From positions 601,691-665,690 of the forward strand of contig CBDCQG010000001.1 in the NCBI GenBank assembly GCA_965220565.1: a stretch of 64,000 bases of DNA, written 5' to 3'. The notes beneath the pieces were generated by a model. That model was not told where the DNA came from. It did no database searches and saw nothing but the letters and a program-made list of their open reading frames with translations. Shown here piece by piece: positions 10,285 to 20,161 of this stretch (positions within the stretch are counted from its first letter, which is position 1; each line of letters begins with the position of its first letter). The position numbers and the translations under genes are program-made. This stretch comes from Dehalococcoidia bacterium (lineage in GTDB: Bacteria; Chloroflexota; Dehalococcoidia; UBA6926).

Positions 10285-11373
10285 ATGACGGCAACGATCG
10301 AACGCAAGACAGAACCGGACGCGCTCGCGGACGAACGCTGGCAAGCCATCCGCAACAATGATCCGGCCTATGAAGATGCCTTTGTCTTCGGCGTCAAGAC
10401 CACCGGCGTCTACTGTCGAACAACATGCCGCGGCGCGCCCGTCCTGCGAAAGAACATCGAATTCTTTGAAGAGATAGCAGACGCTCGCGCCGCGGGCTAC
10501 CGCGCATGCAAACGTTGCCGACCTGACGAGGGTGGGCCGCATGCCCGCGCCGTCAACGTGGTTACGCACGCCTGCGAACTGATCGATGCCAATCCTGATG
10601 AGCGTCTGGCTGTTGCTGCGCTTGCCCGTGCCGTCGGCGTCACGGACCACGCGCTCCGCCGCTCCTTTGAAATGGCGCTCGGCATCACCCCGCGCCAATA
10701 CGCGGAACAACGGCGGCTCGAGCGGTTCAAGGATGGCGTGCGCAACGGGCATGATGTGACGTCCGCGCTCTACGAGAGCGGTTTCGGCTCGTCCAGCAGG
10801 CTGTATGAGTCCTCAGGCGCGCATCTTGGCATGACGCCGGGGCAGTACCGCAGCGGCGGGGCAGGGGTCTCAATCACGTATGCCATTGTTGATAGCCCGC
10901 TCGGCCGCTTGCTCGTCGCAGGCACGGAGAAGGGTGTATGTCGAATCTCCGTGGCCGATGATGATGAATCGCTGGAAACCGCGCTCAGGAAAGAGTTCCC
11001 GCAGGCAGAGCAATCGAAGGATTCTGGGCCGCTGGGTGAATGGTTGAAGATCATCGCGCGTGTCGTGACCGGAGAGTCGCCGGATGAAGTGACCGATCTT
11101 CCGGTGGATGTGCGCGGCACCGCCTTTCAGCGCCGTGTGTGGGAGGCGCTCCGGCGCATTCCACGAGGTGAGACCCGAACCTATGCCCAGGTCGCGGACG
11201 ACATCGGGCAGCCCAGTGCCACACGCGCCGTCGCTAATGCCTGCGCCAAGAACCCCACGCCTATCGTCGTCCCCTGCCATCGCGTCGTGCGGACTGACGG
11301 CGGCATCGGTGGCTACGCCCTCGGCATCGAGCGCAAGAAGAAACTCCTCAAACAAGAAGGCGCAGGAGACTAG
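10285..11373 (+). CDS. ada: Bifunctional Ada: methylphosphotriester Zn domain, AraC HTH and O6-methylguanine-DNA methyltransferase
   Basis: N-terminal FVFGVKTTGVYCRTTC...ACKRCRP (Ada four-Cys zinc site), a central AraC-type HTH, and a C-terminal PCHRVV active site. Confidence 0.85.
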   Translation: MTATIERKTEPDALADERWQAIRNNDPAYEDAFVFGVKTTGVYCRTTCRGAPVLRKNIEFFEEIADARAAGYRACKRCRPDEGGPHARAVNVVTHACELIDANPDERLAVAALARAVGVTDHALRRSFEMALGITPRQYAEQRRLERFKDGVRNGHDVTSALYESGFGSSSRLYESSGAHLGMTPGQYRSGGAGVSITYAIVDSPLGRLLVAGTEKGVCRISVADDDESLETALRKEFPQAEQSKDSGPLGEWLKIIARVVTGESPDEVTDLPVDVRGTAFQRRVWEALRRIPRGETRTYAQVADDIGQPSATRAVANACAKNPTPIVVPCHRVVRTDGGIGGYALGIERKKKLLKQEGAGD

Positions 11374-12632
11374 CGCCTAACCCCCCGCAGTTCCGGCAGC
11401 AGAAGCCGCAGCACCATCACCACCACGAACCCCGTGCCCGTCAGCACTGCCAACGCCATCTGAGGGCCCAGGTTCTCCGGCTCGGCCATCCAGCCCACCG
11501 TCAGCATCCCCAGCGGACTCGCGCCGATGCCCAAGGCGATTGCGCCCATCGCACGTCCCCGCATCTCCGGGCTTACCGCCCGAAGCGCAATCGTCGGCTG
11601 CATCGTGGCGAAACCGGCCATGCCGAGCCCCGCCACCATCAGCAGAGCAAGTGAAACCGTGTACCACTCTGAAAGGGCGAAGAGCACCATGATCCCCAGC
11701 ATGAATGCCGAACCCAGCGAATAGACCTGCCCGTGGTTGCGTATTTGCCGCGACGCAATGATGATTGCCCCCGTCAACGAGCCGATTCCCGCCGCGCCCG
11801 CCAAGACCCCGTACAGAAACGCGTTTGCGCCCAGCACATCCCGCCCAATCACCGGCACCATCGTCAGGAAGGGGAATCCGAAGAAATTGAGACTGACCGT
11901 GATGGTCAGGGCGGCCACAAGTGCCCTATTTTTGCCCAGCATCGTCACCGATTCCTTCAACTGTCGCAGCACGGGCGTCTTTTCCTCGCCCATCGACTGA
12001 GTCTTTGGAATGGTGAACAGGACCCAGCCCGCCGCCACGTACAGGGCCAACATCAGTCCATACGAGCCTGAGAAGTCGACCAGTTCGATGATCGTCCCGG
12101 CAAACAACGGCCCCACAATGCTGCTTCCCGTGAGGGCAACGACATCCAGCGAAATGGAGTTGGTGAGGGCGTCCCCACGAAAGATCTCTGCGAAGTAGGC
12201 GCGCCGTGCCGAGAAATCCACCGCCCATGCGGAGCCGGTGAGAAACGTCGCGAGATATGCGTGCCACGGCTCCACGTCCCCGCCAACAAGCACCGCAAAC
12301 ATCCCGCCGACCACCACCACGTTGACGATCTGCGTTGAGATCATCACGTACTTGCGCGGAAAACGATCCGACACGCTGCCCGCCACCAGACCGAGCAGGA
12401 ACATCGGGGCCATACGGAACACGCCGACGAGCGCTACCTGTGACGGCGAGTCTGTCAGCTCAAGTACAAGCCATGACAGGACCGCCATCTCCATCATGCG
12501 GTTCACATACCACACCCACCCCGCCATCCACAGGCGGCGGTAGACAGGGTTGCGGAGCGAGCGGAACGTGCGGAAACGCGTAGTTGCTTCGGTCTCGTCC
12601 TCAGCTAGTGTAAATGGCCCGGTATTGCTCAA
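11370..12632 (-). CDS. MFS transporter
   Basis: 420 aa with about 12 predicted hydrophobic helices and an MFS-like loop (DRFPRKYVM). The TTG start overlaps the upstream stop (TTGA). Confidence 0.85.
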   Translation of the reverse strand: MSNTGPFTLAEDETEATTRFRTFRSLRNPVYRRLWMAGWVWYVNRMMEMAVLSWLVLELTDSPSQVALVGVFRMAPMFLLGLVAGSVSDRFPRKYVMISTQIVNVVVVGGMFAVLVGGDVEPWHAYLATFLTGSAWAVDFSARRAYFAEIFRGDALTNSISLDVVALTGSSIVGPLFAGTIIELVDFSGSYGLMLALYVAAGWVLFTIPKTQSMGEEKTPVLRQLKESVTMLGKNRALVAALTITVSLNFFGFPFLTMVPVIGRDVLGANAFLYGVLAGAAGIGSLTGAIIIASRQIRNHGQVYSLGSAFMLGIMVLFALSEWYTVSLALLMVAGLGMAGFATMQPTIALRAVSPEMRGRAMGAIALGIGASPLGMLTVGWMAEPENLGPQMALAVLTGTGFVVVMVLRLLLPELRGVRR

Positions 12633-13429
12633 GCGCTGCAGCTCTTGAGGAACTCGTCAAGCTCTTGGTTGTACTGCTCGGGGCGTGCTGCGCGCATACT
12701 GTGTCCCACCTCCGGCCACAGGCGGAAGTCCAGGTCGGGCGTGGCGATGCTGCGGTAGTACTCAAGCTCCTCCGGCATCATGTAACCGCCCGCAGCGATG
12801 TCCGCGACCAGCACGAGTGTCGGGACCGAGATGCGCCGCATGTGGTCCTCGCAGCGGAACGCCCACTGCCGGTTGTCGGTCAGGAGCCGCGTAACGGCGT
12901 GCGGCGAGAAGTGATGATGGCGGTAGACCAGTTCATCAGCCTCTTGTTCGGACATGCCCTGCTCTTTTGCCTCGGCGCGAATCTCGGCTTCCGGCCTGTT
13001 GTGGCGCGCCAGCGCCTGCTGAAGGCTTGTCACGTGCACGTTTACCATCTTCCAGTACACCGGGTCCTCGAGGAACGCGCAGCAGATCTTGTCCGCGAAG
13101 TCGGACGCCATGATGGTGCCGATGTTGCCGCCCCAGGAATGGCCGACGTATGCGGGCTTTTCAAGGCCCAGCGTGTCAATCAACTCCGCAACGTCCGTCG
13201 CGAAATCGCGCAGCATATAGCCCGTCACGGGCTTGTCCGTCTGCCCATGGCCGCGGTTGTCCGGCGCGATGATGTGATACCTGTCCTCGAATGCCTCCGC
13301 CACCGCTTGCCAGGACGACGCCAACCCTGTCCATCCGTGCACAAGGAGCAGGTCGGGATTCGAAGGATCACCCCATTCGAGGTAGTGCATGTTGAGGCCC
13401 TGGATATCGACGAATTTGCTCTCCGGCAT
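12629..13429 (-). CDS. Alpha/beta hydrolase
   Basis: HGWTG oxyanion motif and GHSWGG nucleophile elbow; length is typical. Confidence 0.85.
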   Translation of the reverse strand: MPESKFVDIQGLNMHYLEWGDPSNPDLLLVHGWTGLASSWQAVAEAFEDRYHIIAPDNRGHGQTDKPVTGYMLRDFATDVAELIDTLGLEKPAYVGHSWGGNIGTIMASDFADKICCAFLEDPVYWKMVNVHVTSLQQALARHNRPEAEIRAEAKEQGMSEQEADELVYRHHHFSPHAVTRLLTDNRQWAFRCEDHMRRISVPTLVLVADIAAGGYMMPEELEYYRSIATPDLDFRLWPEVGHSMRAARPEQYNQELDEFLKSCSA

Positions 13430-13529
13430 GGTGTTTCCCCCGTCACGCGCGGCGTTGTCGCCGCGTCTGCGTCCCGCTTAGAGGAAAAGTGTAGCACGCC
13501 CTCTCCCATCTCCATGGCCTCCACTGCCT

Positions 13530-13574
13530 CGTCATTCCCGCTCTCCATCCGTCATTCCCGCGAAAGCGGGAATC
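13530..13574. repeat. REP-like palindromic repeat, family A (half-site plus full copy)
   Basis: CGTCATTCCCGC, then 8 nt, then CGTCATTCCCGCGAAAGCGGGAATC. The full copy has an 8-bp stem and a GAAA loop. The same architecture recurs at 20055-20100. Confidence 0.85.
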
Positions 13575-13636
13575 TGATATGCATTGCGCAACCAGACACC
13601 TACTACCTTCCATCCACGCTCCGCTCGCCTCCCTAT

Positions 13637-13665
13637 TTGACCAGCTACAGGCCGACGGCTAGGGT
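13637..13665 (+). promoter_or_regulatory. Candidate sigma-70-type promoter for otsA
   Basis: TTGACC (13637-13642), a 17-nt spacer, then TAGGGT (13660-13665), about 75 nt upstream of the otsA ATG. Confidence 0.3.
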
Positions 13666-13740
13666 TAAGGCACGTCGCGAGACTCTTTTGGTGCGTGCAG
13701 CCGTTAGTTGAGCTTGCCGGTGGGACAAGGGGGCAAGGCG

Positions 13741-15183
13741 ATGCAGCAGATACAGCGTCTCGTCGTCGTGTCCAATCGATTGCCGCCATCGACACTTCCT
13801 GACGCGTCCCGAGACCAGAGAAATCAACCTGTGGGCGGTCTTGTGTCTGCCGTGCAGTCAGCCCTTGAACAATACGGCGGCCTGTGGTTCGGATGGAGCG
13901 GCACCACAACGGAGCGCCGCCTTGCCGTGGAACCGACGGTCGCGCACAGTGGCAGCATTGACGTTGGCGCAATGAACCTGACTGCCGATGAGGTCAATCT
14001 CTTCTACTCCGTCTTCGCCAATCGCACTCTCTGGCCCCTTCTCCACGCCTTCCCCAATTTCGTTCAGCTTCGCCATGACGCCTATCGAGGGTATCGACGC
14101 GTCAACCGCAGATTTGCCGAAGGCCTCTACCCCCTCCTTCGAAACGGCGACGCTGTTTGGGTGCAGGACTATCACCTGATCCCCCTGGGTTCGGAACTGC
14201 GCCGGATGGGATGGCAGGGCAAGATCGGCTTTTTCCTGCATACGCCGTTCCCCGCCGCAGAGGTCTTCTCCATTCTCCCGTGGGCGAGGCAGCTCCTTGA
14301 AGAGTTTGTCAGCTATGACCTGGTCGGGTTCCACACGAACCGGTACGCCCACAACTTCCTTGACACCCTGCAAGCGGAAATCGGAGGCGTTGTTGACGCG
14401 GGCGTATTTGATGGCCGATCCGGGACAGTTGGAGCGGGTGTGTATCCCATTGGAACCGACCCGGACCAGTTCCAGAAATGGACGCGTGAATCAGGTGAAA
14501 CGGAGACGACGGGTCTGCTGCAGCGGCTTCTGCCGCGCCGACCGGTTGAACGCAAGAAAGTCGTGCTGGGCGTCGACCGGCTTGATTACTCGAAGGGCAT
14601 CCCCCAAAGGCTCAGGGCGTTTGAGGCGATGCTTGACCGGTACCCGGCCGTTCGCGGCAAGGTCACCTTGATCCAGATTTCTGCCCCCTCGCGCAGCCGC
14701 GTGCCGGAATACGTCCAGGAACGCGAACGGGTGGACGGACTGGTCGGGCGCATCAACGGCCGGTTCGCCGAGGCGGACTGGGTGCCTGTCCACTACCTTT
14801 ACCGCTCTTACAACCAAGAGGAATTGGCCGGCTTCTTCCGTGAGGCGGATGTCTGCCTCGTGACCCCGCTCCGGGACGGCATGAACCTTATCGCCAAGGA
14901 ATTCGTCGCATCCCAGGGCGCTGATCCCGGCGTCCTGGTATTGTCCCGTTTCTGCGGCGCCGCCGAGACGATGCGGGAAGCGCTGATCGTCAATCCTTAC
15001 GACCTTGAAGGCACCGCAGAGGCCATGCACAGCGCCCTGTCCATGACGCATCGTGAACGGCGTCGTCGGTGGATGGCCCTGTATGACGACGTTCAGCTAA
15101 ACACCGCCAAGGCGTGGGCCGACAACTTCCTCGCGGACCTCAATGCGGGCCGCAACACCTACGTCCCGCAATCCGCAATATAA
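13741..15183 (+). CDS. otsA: Alpha,alpha-trehalose-phosphate synthase (UDP-forming)
   Basis: VVVSNRLP, GGLVSA, WFGWSG, QDYHL and FLHTPFP motifs of GT20 OtsA. ATG 13741 is preferred over TTG 13708. Confidence 0.9.
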   Translation: MQQIQRLVVVSNRLPPSTLPDASRDQRNQPVGGLVSAVQSALEQYGGLWFGWSGTTTERRLAVEPTVAHSGSIDVGAMNLTADEVNLFYSVFANRTLWPLLHAFPNFVQLRHDAYRGYRRVNRRFAEGLYPLLRNGDAVWVQDYHLIPLGSELRRMGWQGKIGFFLHTPFPAAEVFSILPWARQLLEEFVSYDLVGFHTNRYAHNFLDTLQAEIGGVVDAGVFDGRSGTVGAGVYPIGTDPDQFQKWTRESGETETTGLLQRLLPRRPVERKKVVLGVDRLDYSKGIPQRLRAFEAMLDRYPAVRGKVTLIQISAPSRSRVPEYVQERERVDGLVGRINGRFAEADWVPVHYLYRSYNQEELAGFFREADVCLVTPLRDGMNLIAKEFVASQGADPGVLVLSRFCGAAETMREALIVNPYDLEGTAEAMHSALSMTHRERRRRWMALYDDVQLNTAKAWADNFLADLNAGRNTYVPQSAI

Positions 15184-15211
15184 TGTCGGGTACGGTCGGG
15201 ATATTGTTGCG

Positions 15212-15967
15212 ATGCGAACCCTCATTATTTCGGACATTCACTCAAACATCGTCGCGTTTGACGCCGTCCTGCGTGATGCCAACGCACGCGGTCCCGTCGA
15301 CAACATCTGGTCACTGGGGGATATGGTCGGGTACGGGCCGCATCCCAATGAGTGTCTTGACACCCTCCGCGGCTTTGACCACATAGCCATAGCCGGCAAC
15401 CATGACCTGGGAGCAATCGGCGGCATCTACCTGGGCACATTCAATGAAGAGGCGGCCGTTGCCTGTGAATGGAACGGCCAACAGCTGACCGCGGAGAATC
15501 GCGCCTATCTTGAAGGCCTGCCGAGGGTCGTGACGCAGGGCGAATTCACTCTTGCGCACGGCTCCCTCCGCGACCCTGTTTGGGAATATCTCATCCATGA
15601 GGAGGCCGCGCGCGCGTCATTCGATCTGCTGGAGACGCCGTTCCTGCTGGTGGGGCACTCCCACCTGCCCCTGATCTTTGAAGAGATCGTCACGGGGCAG
15701 AACTCCCCGCAGCGCGTTCATGCCATGGGTCGTCTCAACCACGGTTCCCTCATCCACCTGCCCAATGACGTTCGCCTCATCATCAACCCCGGCAGCGTGG
15801 GACAGCCGCGTGACAGCGATCCTCGCGCGGCCTACCTCATTCTCGATTCGGATGCCCGCACGCTCACGCAGTTCCGTGTCGCTTACGATACGGAATCCGC
15901 GCAGAAACATTTCACGGACGCCGGTTTGCCTGCCAGCCTGGCCGAGCGTCTCGCATACGGTCTGTAG
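15212..15967 (+). CDS. Metallophosphoesterase
   Basis: ISDIHSN, GDMVGYGP, GNHD and GHSH motifs. ATG 15212 fits the family N-terminus (MRTLIISDIH). Confidence 0.85.
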   Translation: MRTLIISDIHSNIVAFDAVLRDANARGPVDNIWSLGDMVGYGPHPNECLDTLRGFDHIAIAGNHDLGAIGGIYLGTFNEEAAVACEWNGQQLTAENRAYLEGLPRVVTQGEFTLAHGSLRDPVWEYLIHEEAARASFDLLETPFLLVGHSHLPLIFEEIVTGQNSPQRVHAMGRLNHGSLIHLPNDVRLIINPGSVGQPRDSDPRAAYLILDSDARTLTQFRVAYDTESAQKHFTDAGLPASLAERLAYGL

Positions 15968-15978
15968 GGCGCGCCGGC

Positions 15979-16665
15979 GTGAGGCAGACGGCTGTCAATT
16001 TCTTCTCGACCGATGACCTGACCCTTGAAGGCATCGTCGCCGAGCCGTCCGGCGATGAGATTCCGGAAGGTGGAGGCGATCTTCCCGGCGTCGTCTTCTG
16101 TTCCCCTGAGCCTCATTTGGGCGGCACGATGCTCAGTCCCGTTGTCGAGGCGTTGACACGAGAAGTCACTCCCCGCGGTTTTGTGTCGTTTCGATTCAAC
16201 TACCGCGGCGTTGGGGAATCCCGGGGCGAGAACGCCTTGGGGGAAGGTCAGGTGTCAGATGCCCTCGCGGCAGTTGACATGGTGCGGGAATGGCCGGGCG
16301 TCGACGGGCAGCGCCTTGCCATCGTCGGCTATTCGTACGGCGCAAGCATCGCCCTGCGTGCCGCGGCCAAACAACCGGATGGCGTGCAGGCCGTCGTCGC
16401 GGTGTCACCCATACTGGATATCCCATTGATCGGCATTCCGACAGAAGGCGGGCTTTCAAAGGTAAACGTGCCCGTGAGATTCCTGATAGGGGGCGATGAC
16501 GCACTCACAACGCCGGAGAGATTGGGCGCGTGGGTTGATGGCATTGGGCGTGCTGATGTGACCGCGATGGCGCTTGAGGGCGCGGACCGCGCATGGCAGA
16601 CCAGCCGCCCCGCGCTGGCCGCTGCGACGGCAGGTTTCCTGGATCAGACGATGGCTCTCCGTTGA
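15979..16665 (+). CDS. Alpha/beta hydrolase (dienelactone-hydrolase-like)
   Basis: GYSYGA nucleophile elbow; about 228 aa. Confidence 0.7.
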   Translation: MRQTAVNFFSTDDLTLEGIVAEPSGDEIPEGGGDLPGVVFCSPEPHLGGTMLSPVVEALTREVTPRGFVSFRFNYRGVGESRGENALGEGQVSDALAAVDMVREWPGVDGQRLAIVGYSYGASIALRAAAKQPDGVQAVVAVSPILDIPLIGIPTEGGLSKVNVPVRFLIGGDDALTTPERLGAWVDGIGRADVTAMALEGADRAWQTSRPALAAATAGFLDQTMALR

Positions 16666-16750
16666 CACGGAACGCCCCCGTACCTACGATTCTGACTTGA
16701 GACGTTCACAGGAAAGAGCACGGACAAGCACAAGCAGGGAGGCAAACTAG

Positions 16751-17050
16751 ATGGGGACGTACGTGTTGCTAAGCACGCTGACGGATGAGGGACGCAAGAC
16801 CGTAAAGCATCGGCCTGAGCGGATCCAGGAAGTGAATCGCGAGATTGAGTCGTGGGGCGCAAAGGTCACGGCCCAGTACGCCGTGCTCGGCAACTATGAC
16901 TTCGTCAACATCGTTGAGGCTCCCGACAACGAGACGATCGCGCGGGTCTCCTTGGAACTCGGCGCGCGCGGCACCATCCAGATTGTCTCTCTCCCGGCCT
17001 TTCCGATTGAGCAATTCATCGCCCAACTCGCTAAAACCCGCGACAACTAG
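16751..17050 (+). CDS. GYD domain protein
   Basis: 99 aa. The pattern YVLL...TDEG...GNYDFVNIVEAPD is typical of the GYD family. GGGAGG lies upstream. Confidence 0.85.
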   Translation: MGTYVLLSTLTDEGRKTVKHRPERIQEVNREIESWGAKVTAQYAVLGNYDFVNIVEAPDNETIARVSLELGARGTIQIVSLPAFPIEQFIAQLAKTRDN

Positions 17051-18099
17051 GCCACAACGTCCCTGACGTAGGACACGTAGTCCGAAAAACGACGCGGCGC
17101 AAACCCGAACGCCTGCTCAACCGAATCGAGCGCCGTCACGTTGTCCACCCGGAGTTGGCTTAGCTCCGCCGCTGTTATCGGCGGGTCATTCAGGACGCGA
17201 CCCATGACCGCCGCCCCAAACCGGATGGCGAATCGCGGTATGGGCAGGCTGTAGACGCGCCTGATTCCCAATTCGGTGGCAAAGGCGCGCGCAATGTCCA
17301 CGAGCGCGATCTGCTCCGGCCCGCCGATCTCATAGGTCTGTCCCGCCCGCTCAGGCTCCGTCACGCACAGCGTCAGCGCTGCGGCAAGATCGCTCACGTA
17401 CATCGGCTGCAGCAGGGTGCGCCCTCCGTCCGGAAACGGCAGCAACGCCACCGGCCCCGTCCGCAGCAGCTTGACCGTTCGCCGTGAAACGGCGTCCGAT
17501 ACTCCAAGCACCAGCGACGGCTTGACCACCGTCCACTCCAGCCCGCTGTTCGTTACCGCGTCCTCCGCTTGCCAGCGTGATCGCCCGTACGGCATCTCCG
17601 GATCATCGGACGCGCCAAGAATCCCCATATAGACCAGGCGGTTCGTTCCCACGTCCTTCATGGCGTCGATGAGCGACTGCGTTGTGCCCACGTTCGTATC
17701 GCCGAAGGAACGTCCCTCCGTTTCGCGGATGATGCCGACTGCGTGTACAACGGCGTCCGCATCGGACACTGCGTCACGCACCGCGTTCAGGTCGCGGGCG
17801 TCCCCCTCAATGACCTCAACCGCCTCGCGCAGCATGGTCTCGCCCCGATCGGCGCGATCGCGGGCGGCAACCACGTCGTCTCTGGATACCGTGCCGATGC
17901 TCGCAAGTGTTTCAATGGCCTCGAACGCCACCGCAAGTGACCGCCGCCCATCACTGAACACTCTTTCCGGTGAGCGGGAGAGGACGCGTATCGGCCCGTG
18001 GCCCGTCGCCGCCAGCGTTGCCACAAGGTGCCGCCCCACAAACCCTGAGCCGCCCAACACCGTAACGTTCAAGTACAACCTCTCTTGCTGGAGTTGCAT
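17047..18099 (-). CDS. NAD(P)H-binding atypical SDR (NDUFA9/NmrA-like)
   Basis: The Rossmann motif VLGGSGFVGRHL is near the N-terminus. Confidence 0.8.
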   Translation of the reverse strand: MQLQQERLYLNVTVLGGSGFVGRHLVATLAATGHGPIRVLSRSPERVFSDGRRSLAVAFEAIETLASIGTVSRDDVVAARDRADRGETMLREAVEVIEGDARDLNAVRDAVSDADAVVHAVGIIRETEGRSFGDTNVGTTQSLIDAMKDVGTNRLVYMGILGASDDPEMPYGRSRWQAEDAVTNSGLEWTVVKPSLVLGVSDAVSRRTVKLLRTGPVALLPFPDGGRTLLQPMYVSDLAAALTLCVTEPERAGQTYEIGGPEQIALVDIARAFATELGIRRVYSLPIPRFAIRFGAAVMGRVLNDPPITAAELSQLRVDNVTALDSVEQAFGFAPRRFSDYVSYVRDVVA

Positions 18100-18241
18100 C
18101 CACCCGCCACTGTCAGTTTACGCGCCCGCATATCCCTTTCCCCGTTCGCCTTGCCCCTCTCAATCGCCCAATGCTATTCTCGCGGCGTGCGTGGGTAAGC
18201 CTGCGCGCGCCAATAGGGGATAAACGGGGGAGGGCTGATTC

Positions 18242-19120
18242 ATGGCCAACTATGACAACATCCTGTATGAGAAACAGCGCAAGGGCGTCCTGATTACGCT
18301 CAACAGGCCGGAACGGCTGAACGCCATCAGCCCCGACCTTGAGCGCGAACTCCATGAGGCGCTCGATGAGGCGGAGGCCGATCCCGACGTTCGCGCCATC
18401 GTCCTGACCGGGGCGGGCAGAGCGTTCTCGTCCGGCTATGACATCTCGGGCGAGGCCGAGTTCGAGTGGCCGTATGCGCTGCCCAAGAACACCAGCGTCG
18501 CCGCGCACCTCGACCACTGGCGCACGTCGGATCGCAGGAACATGCGCTATTTCCTGCATCTGTGGGAACTCACCAAGCCGGTCATCGCCGCGGTCAACGG
18601 CTGGTGCATGGGCGGCGGCTCCTGGTACGCCAACGCGGCCCACATGACCCTCGCGGCGGATAACGCCGTCTTTGCCCAGCCGGAAGTCCGCCACATGGAC
18701 AACACCAGCTTCTTCTGGGTGCTCAACGCGGGCTACAAGCACGCCCTGCGCTACGCGCTGACAGGCGACCACATTGACGCGGAGGAGGCCCTCCGCATTG
18801 GCATCGTCAACACGATCGTCCCTGCCGATGATTTGCTCGATGAGGCCTTCAAGATTGTCGAGCGCATCGCGCTGGTCTCACCGGAGACGGTCAAGATCAA
18901 CCTCTACGTCGCGACGATGGGCCTTGAGATGATGGGCCTCCACAACGCGCTGAACCTCAACGCTGAGCTGTCCGCCCACGCCCACACCTCCGTCAGCGAG
19001 GAGGGGCGTCGTCCATTCGTCGAGGCGCAGGAGAAAGGCGGCCTGCGCGGATACCTTGAAGCGCGCGACGGCCCATTCCAGCCGGAGCCGTTCGGCCCCC
19101 GCTCCCGCCCCCGCGAATAA
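18242..19120 (+). CDS. Crotonase-fold (enoyl-CoA hydratase/isomerase family) protein, paralog 1
   Basis: LNRPERLNA, LTGAGRAFSSGYD and AAVNGWCMGGG (oxyanion hole) motifs. The C-terminal tail RDGPFQPEPFGPRS is shared by all four paralogs. Confidence 0.9.
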   Translation: MANYDNILYEKQRKGVLITLNRPERLNAISPDLERELHEALDEAEADPDVRAIVLTGAGRAFSSGYDISGEAEFEWPYALPKNTSVAAHLDHWRTSDRRNMRYFLHLWELTKPVIAAVNGWCMGGGSWYANAAHMTLAADNAVFAQPEVRHMDNTSFFWVLNAGYKHALRYALTGDHIDAEEALRIGIVNTIVPADDLLDEAFKIVERIALVSPETVKINLYVATMGLEMMGLHNALNLNAELSAHAHTSVSEEGRRPFVEAQEKGGLRGYLEARDGPFQPEPFGPRSRPRE

Positions 19121-19155
19121 ACGTCAACCAGATCCGAAAGGAGAAACAAGAACCC

Positions 19156-20046
19156 GTGCCCAACTACGAATACGTCCTGTACGAGAAGCAGCGCAAGGGC
19201 GCGCTCATCACACTGAATCGCCCCGAAGCCTTGAATGCAATCAGCCCGCAGATGGAGGATGAACTCCACCTGGCGCTCGATGAAGCCGAGGCGGACCCCG
19301 AGGTTCGCGCCGTCGTTCTCACCGGGGCGGGCAGGGCATTCTCCGCCGGCTACGACCTCGGCGCGCCGGATGCTCCGATGCGCGACTTCGTCTGGCCGTA
19401 CGGCGTCGCGCCCGGTCAGAGCGTCGCCGAACTGTTGGATTCATGGCGCACGAACGACAACGACGGCGTCCGCAAACTGCTCCACATGTGGGAGCTAACC
19501 AAGCCCGTCATCGGCGCGATTAACGGCTGGTGCATGGGCGGCGCGTCCTGGTACGCCACCGCAACCCACATGACCCTCGCCTCTGACCAGGCGGTCTTCG
19601 GCCAGCCGGAGGTGCGCCACATCTCCAACACCAGCTTCTTCTGGGTGCTGTCGGCAGGTTATAAGAACGCGCTGCGCTATTCGCTGACCGGCGACCACAT
19701 CGATGCCGAGGAGGCGCTGCGCATCGGCATCGTCAATAAGATCGTCCCGCACGAGGACCTGCTCGATGAGGCCTTCCAGCTGGTGGAGCGCATCGCGCTG
19801 GTCTCGCCGGAGACGGTCAAGATCAACCTGTATGTCGCCACGATGGGCCTTGAGATGATGGGGCTTGCCAACGCGCTCAAACTCAATGGCGAACTGTCGG
19901 CCCTCGCGCATTCATCCAGCCGCGAAGACTACCGCAAGGAGATGTTCGATGGCCTCACGCAGGGCGGCCTCCGCTCATTCCTCACCGTGAGGGACGGCCC
20001 ATTCCAGCCGGAGCCCTTCGGCCCCCGCTCCAAGGTCAGAGACTAA
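19156..20046 (+). CDS. Crotonase-fold protein, paralog 2
   Basis: Same motifs as paralog 1. GTG start with AAAGGAG upstream. Confidence 0.9.
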   Translation: MPNYEYVLYEKQRKGALITLNRPEALNAISPQMEDELHLALDEAEADPEVRAVVLTGAGRAFSAGYDLGAPDAPMRDFVWPYGVAPGQSVAELLDSWRTNDNDGVRKLLHMWELTKPVIGAINGWCMGGASWYATATHMTLASDQAVFGQPEVRHISNTSFFWVLSAGYKNALRYSLTGDHIDAEEALRIGIVNKIVPHEDLLDEAFQLVERIALVSPETVKINLYVATMGLEMMGLANALKLNGELSALAHSSSREDYRKEMFDGLTQGGLRSFLTVRDGPFQPEPFGPRSKVRD

Positions 20047-20054
20047 TCCCAACT

Positions 20055-20100
20055 CGTCATTCCCGCCACTACACCCGTCATTCCCGCGAAAGCGGGAATC
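20055..20100. repeat. REP-like repeat family A (half-site plus full copy)
   Basis: CGTCATTCCCGC, then 9 nt, then CGTCATTCCCGCGAAAGCGGGAATC, immediately after the paralog 2 stop. Confidence 0.85.
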
Positions 20101-20161
20101 CGGAACACCAAAAACAAACCAACCAGGACAAGCAGAGCAGAAGAAAAGAAAGGAAAAGAAA

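Noticed and set aside
12614-13711. 365-aa ORF on the plus strand
   Set aside because: It is antisense to the alpha/beta hydrolase gene and runs through the REP-A repeat. It has no motif.
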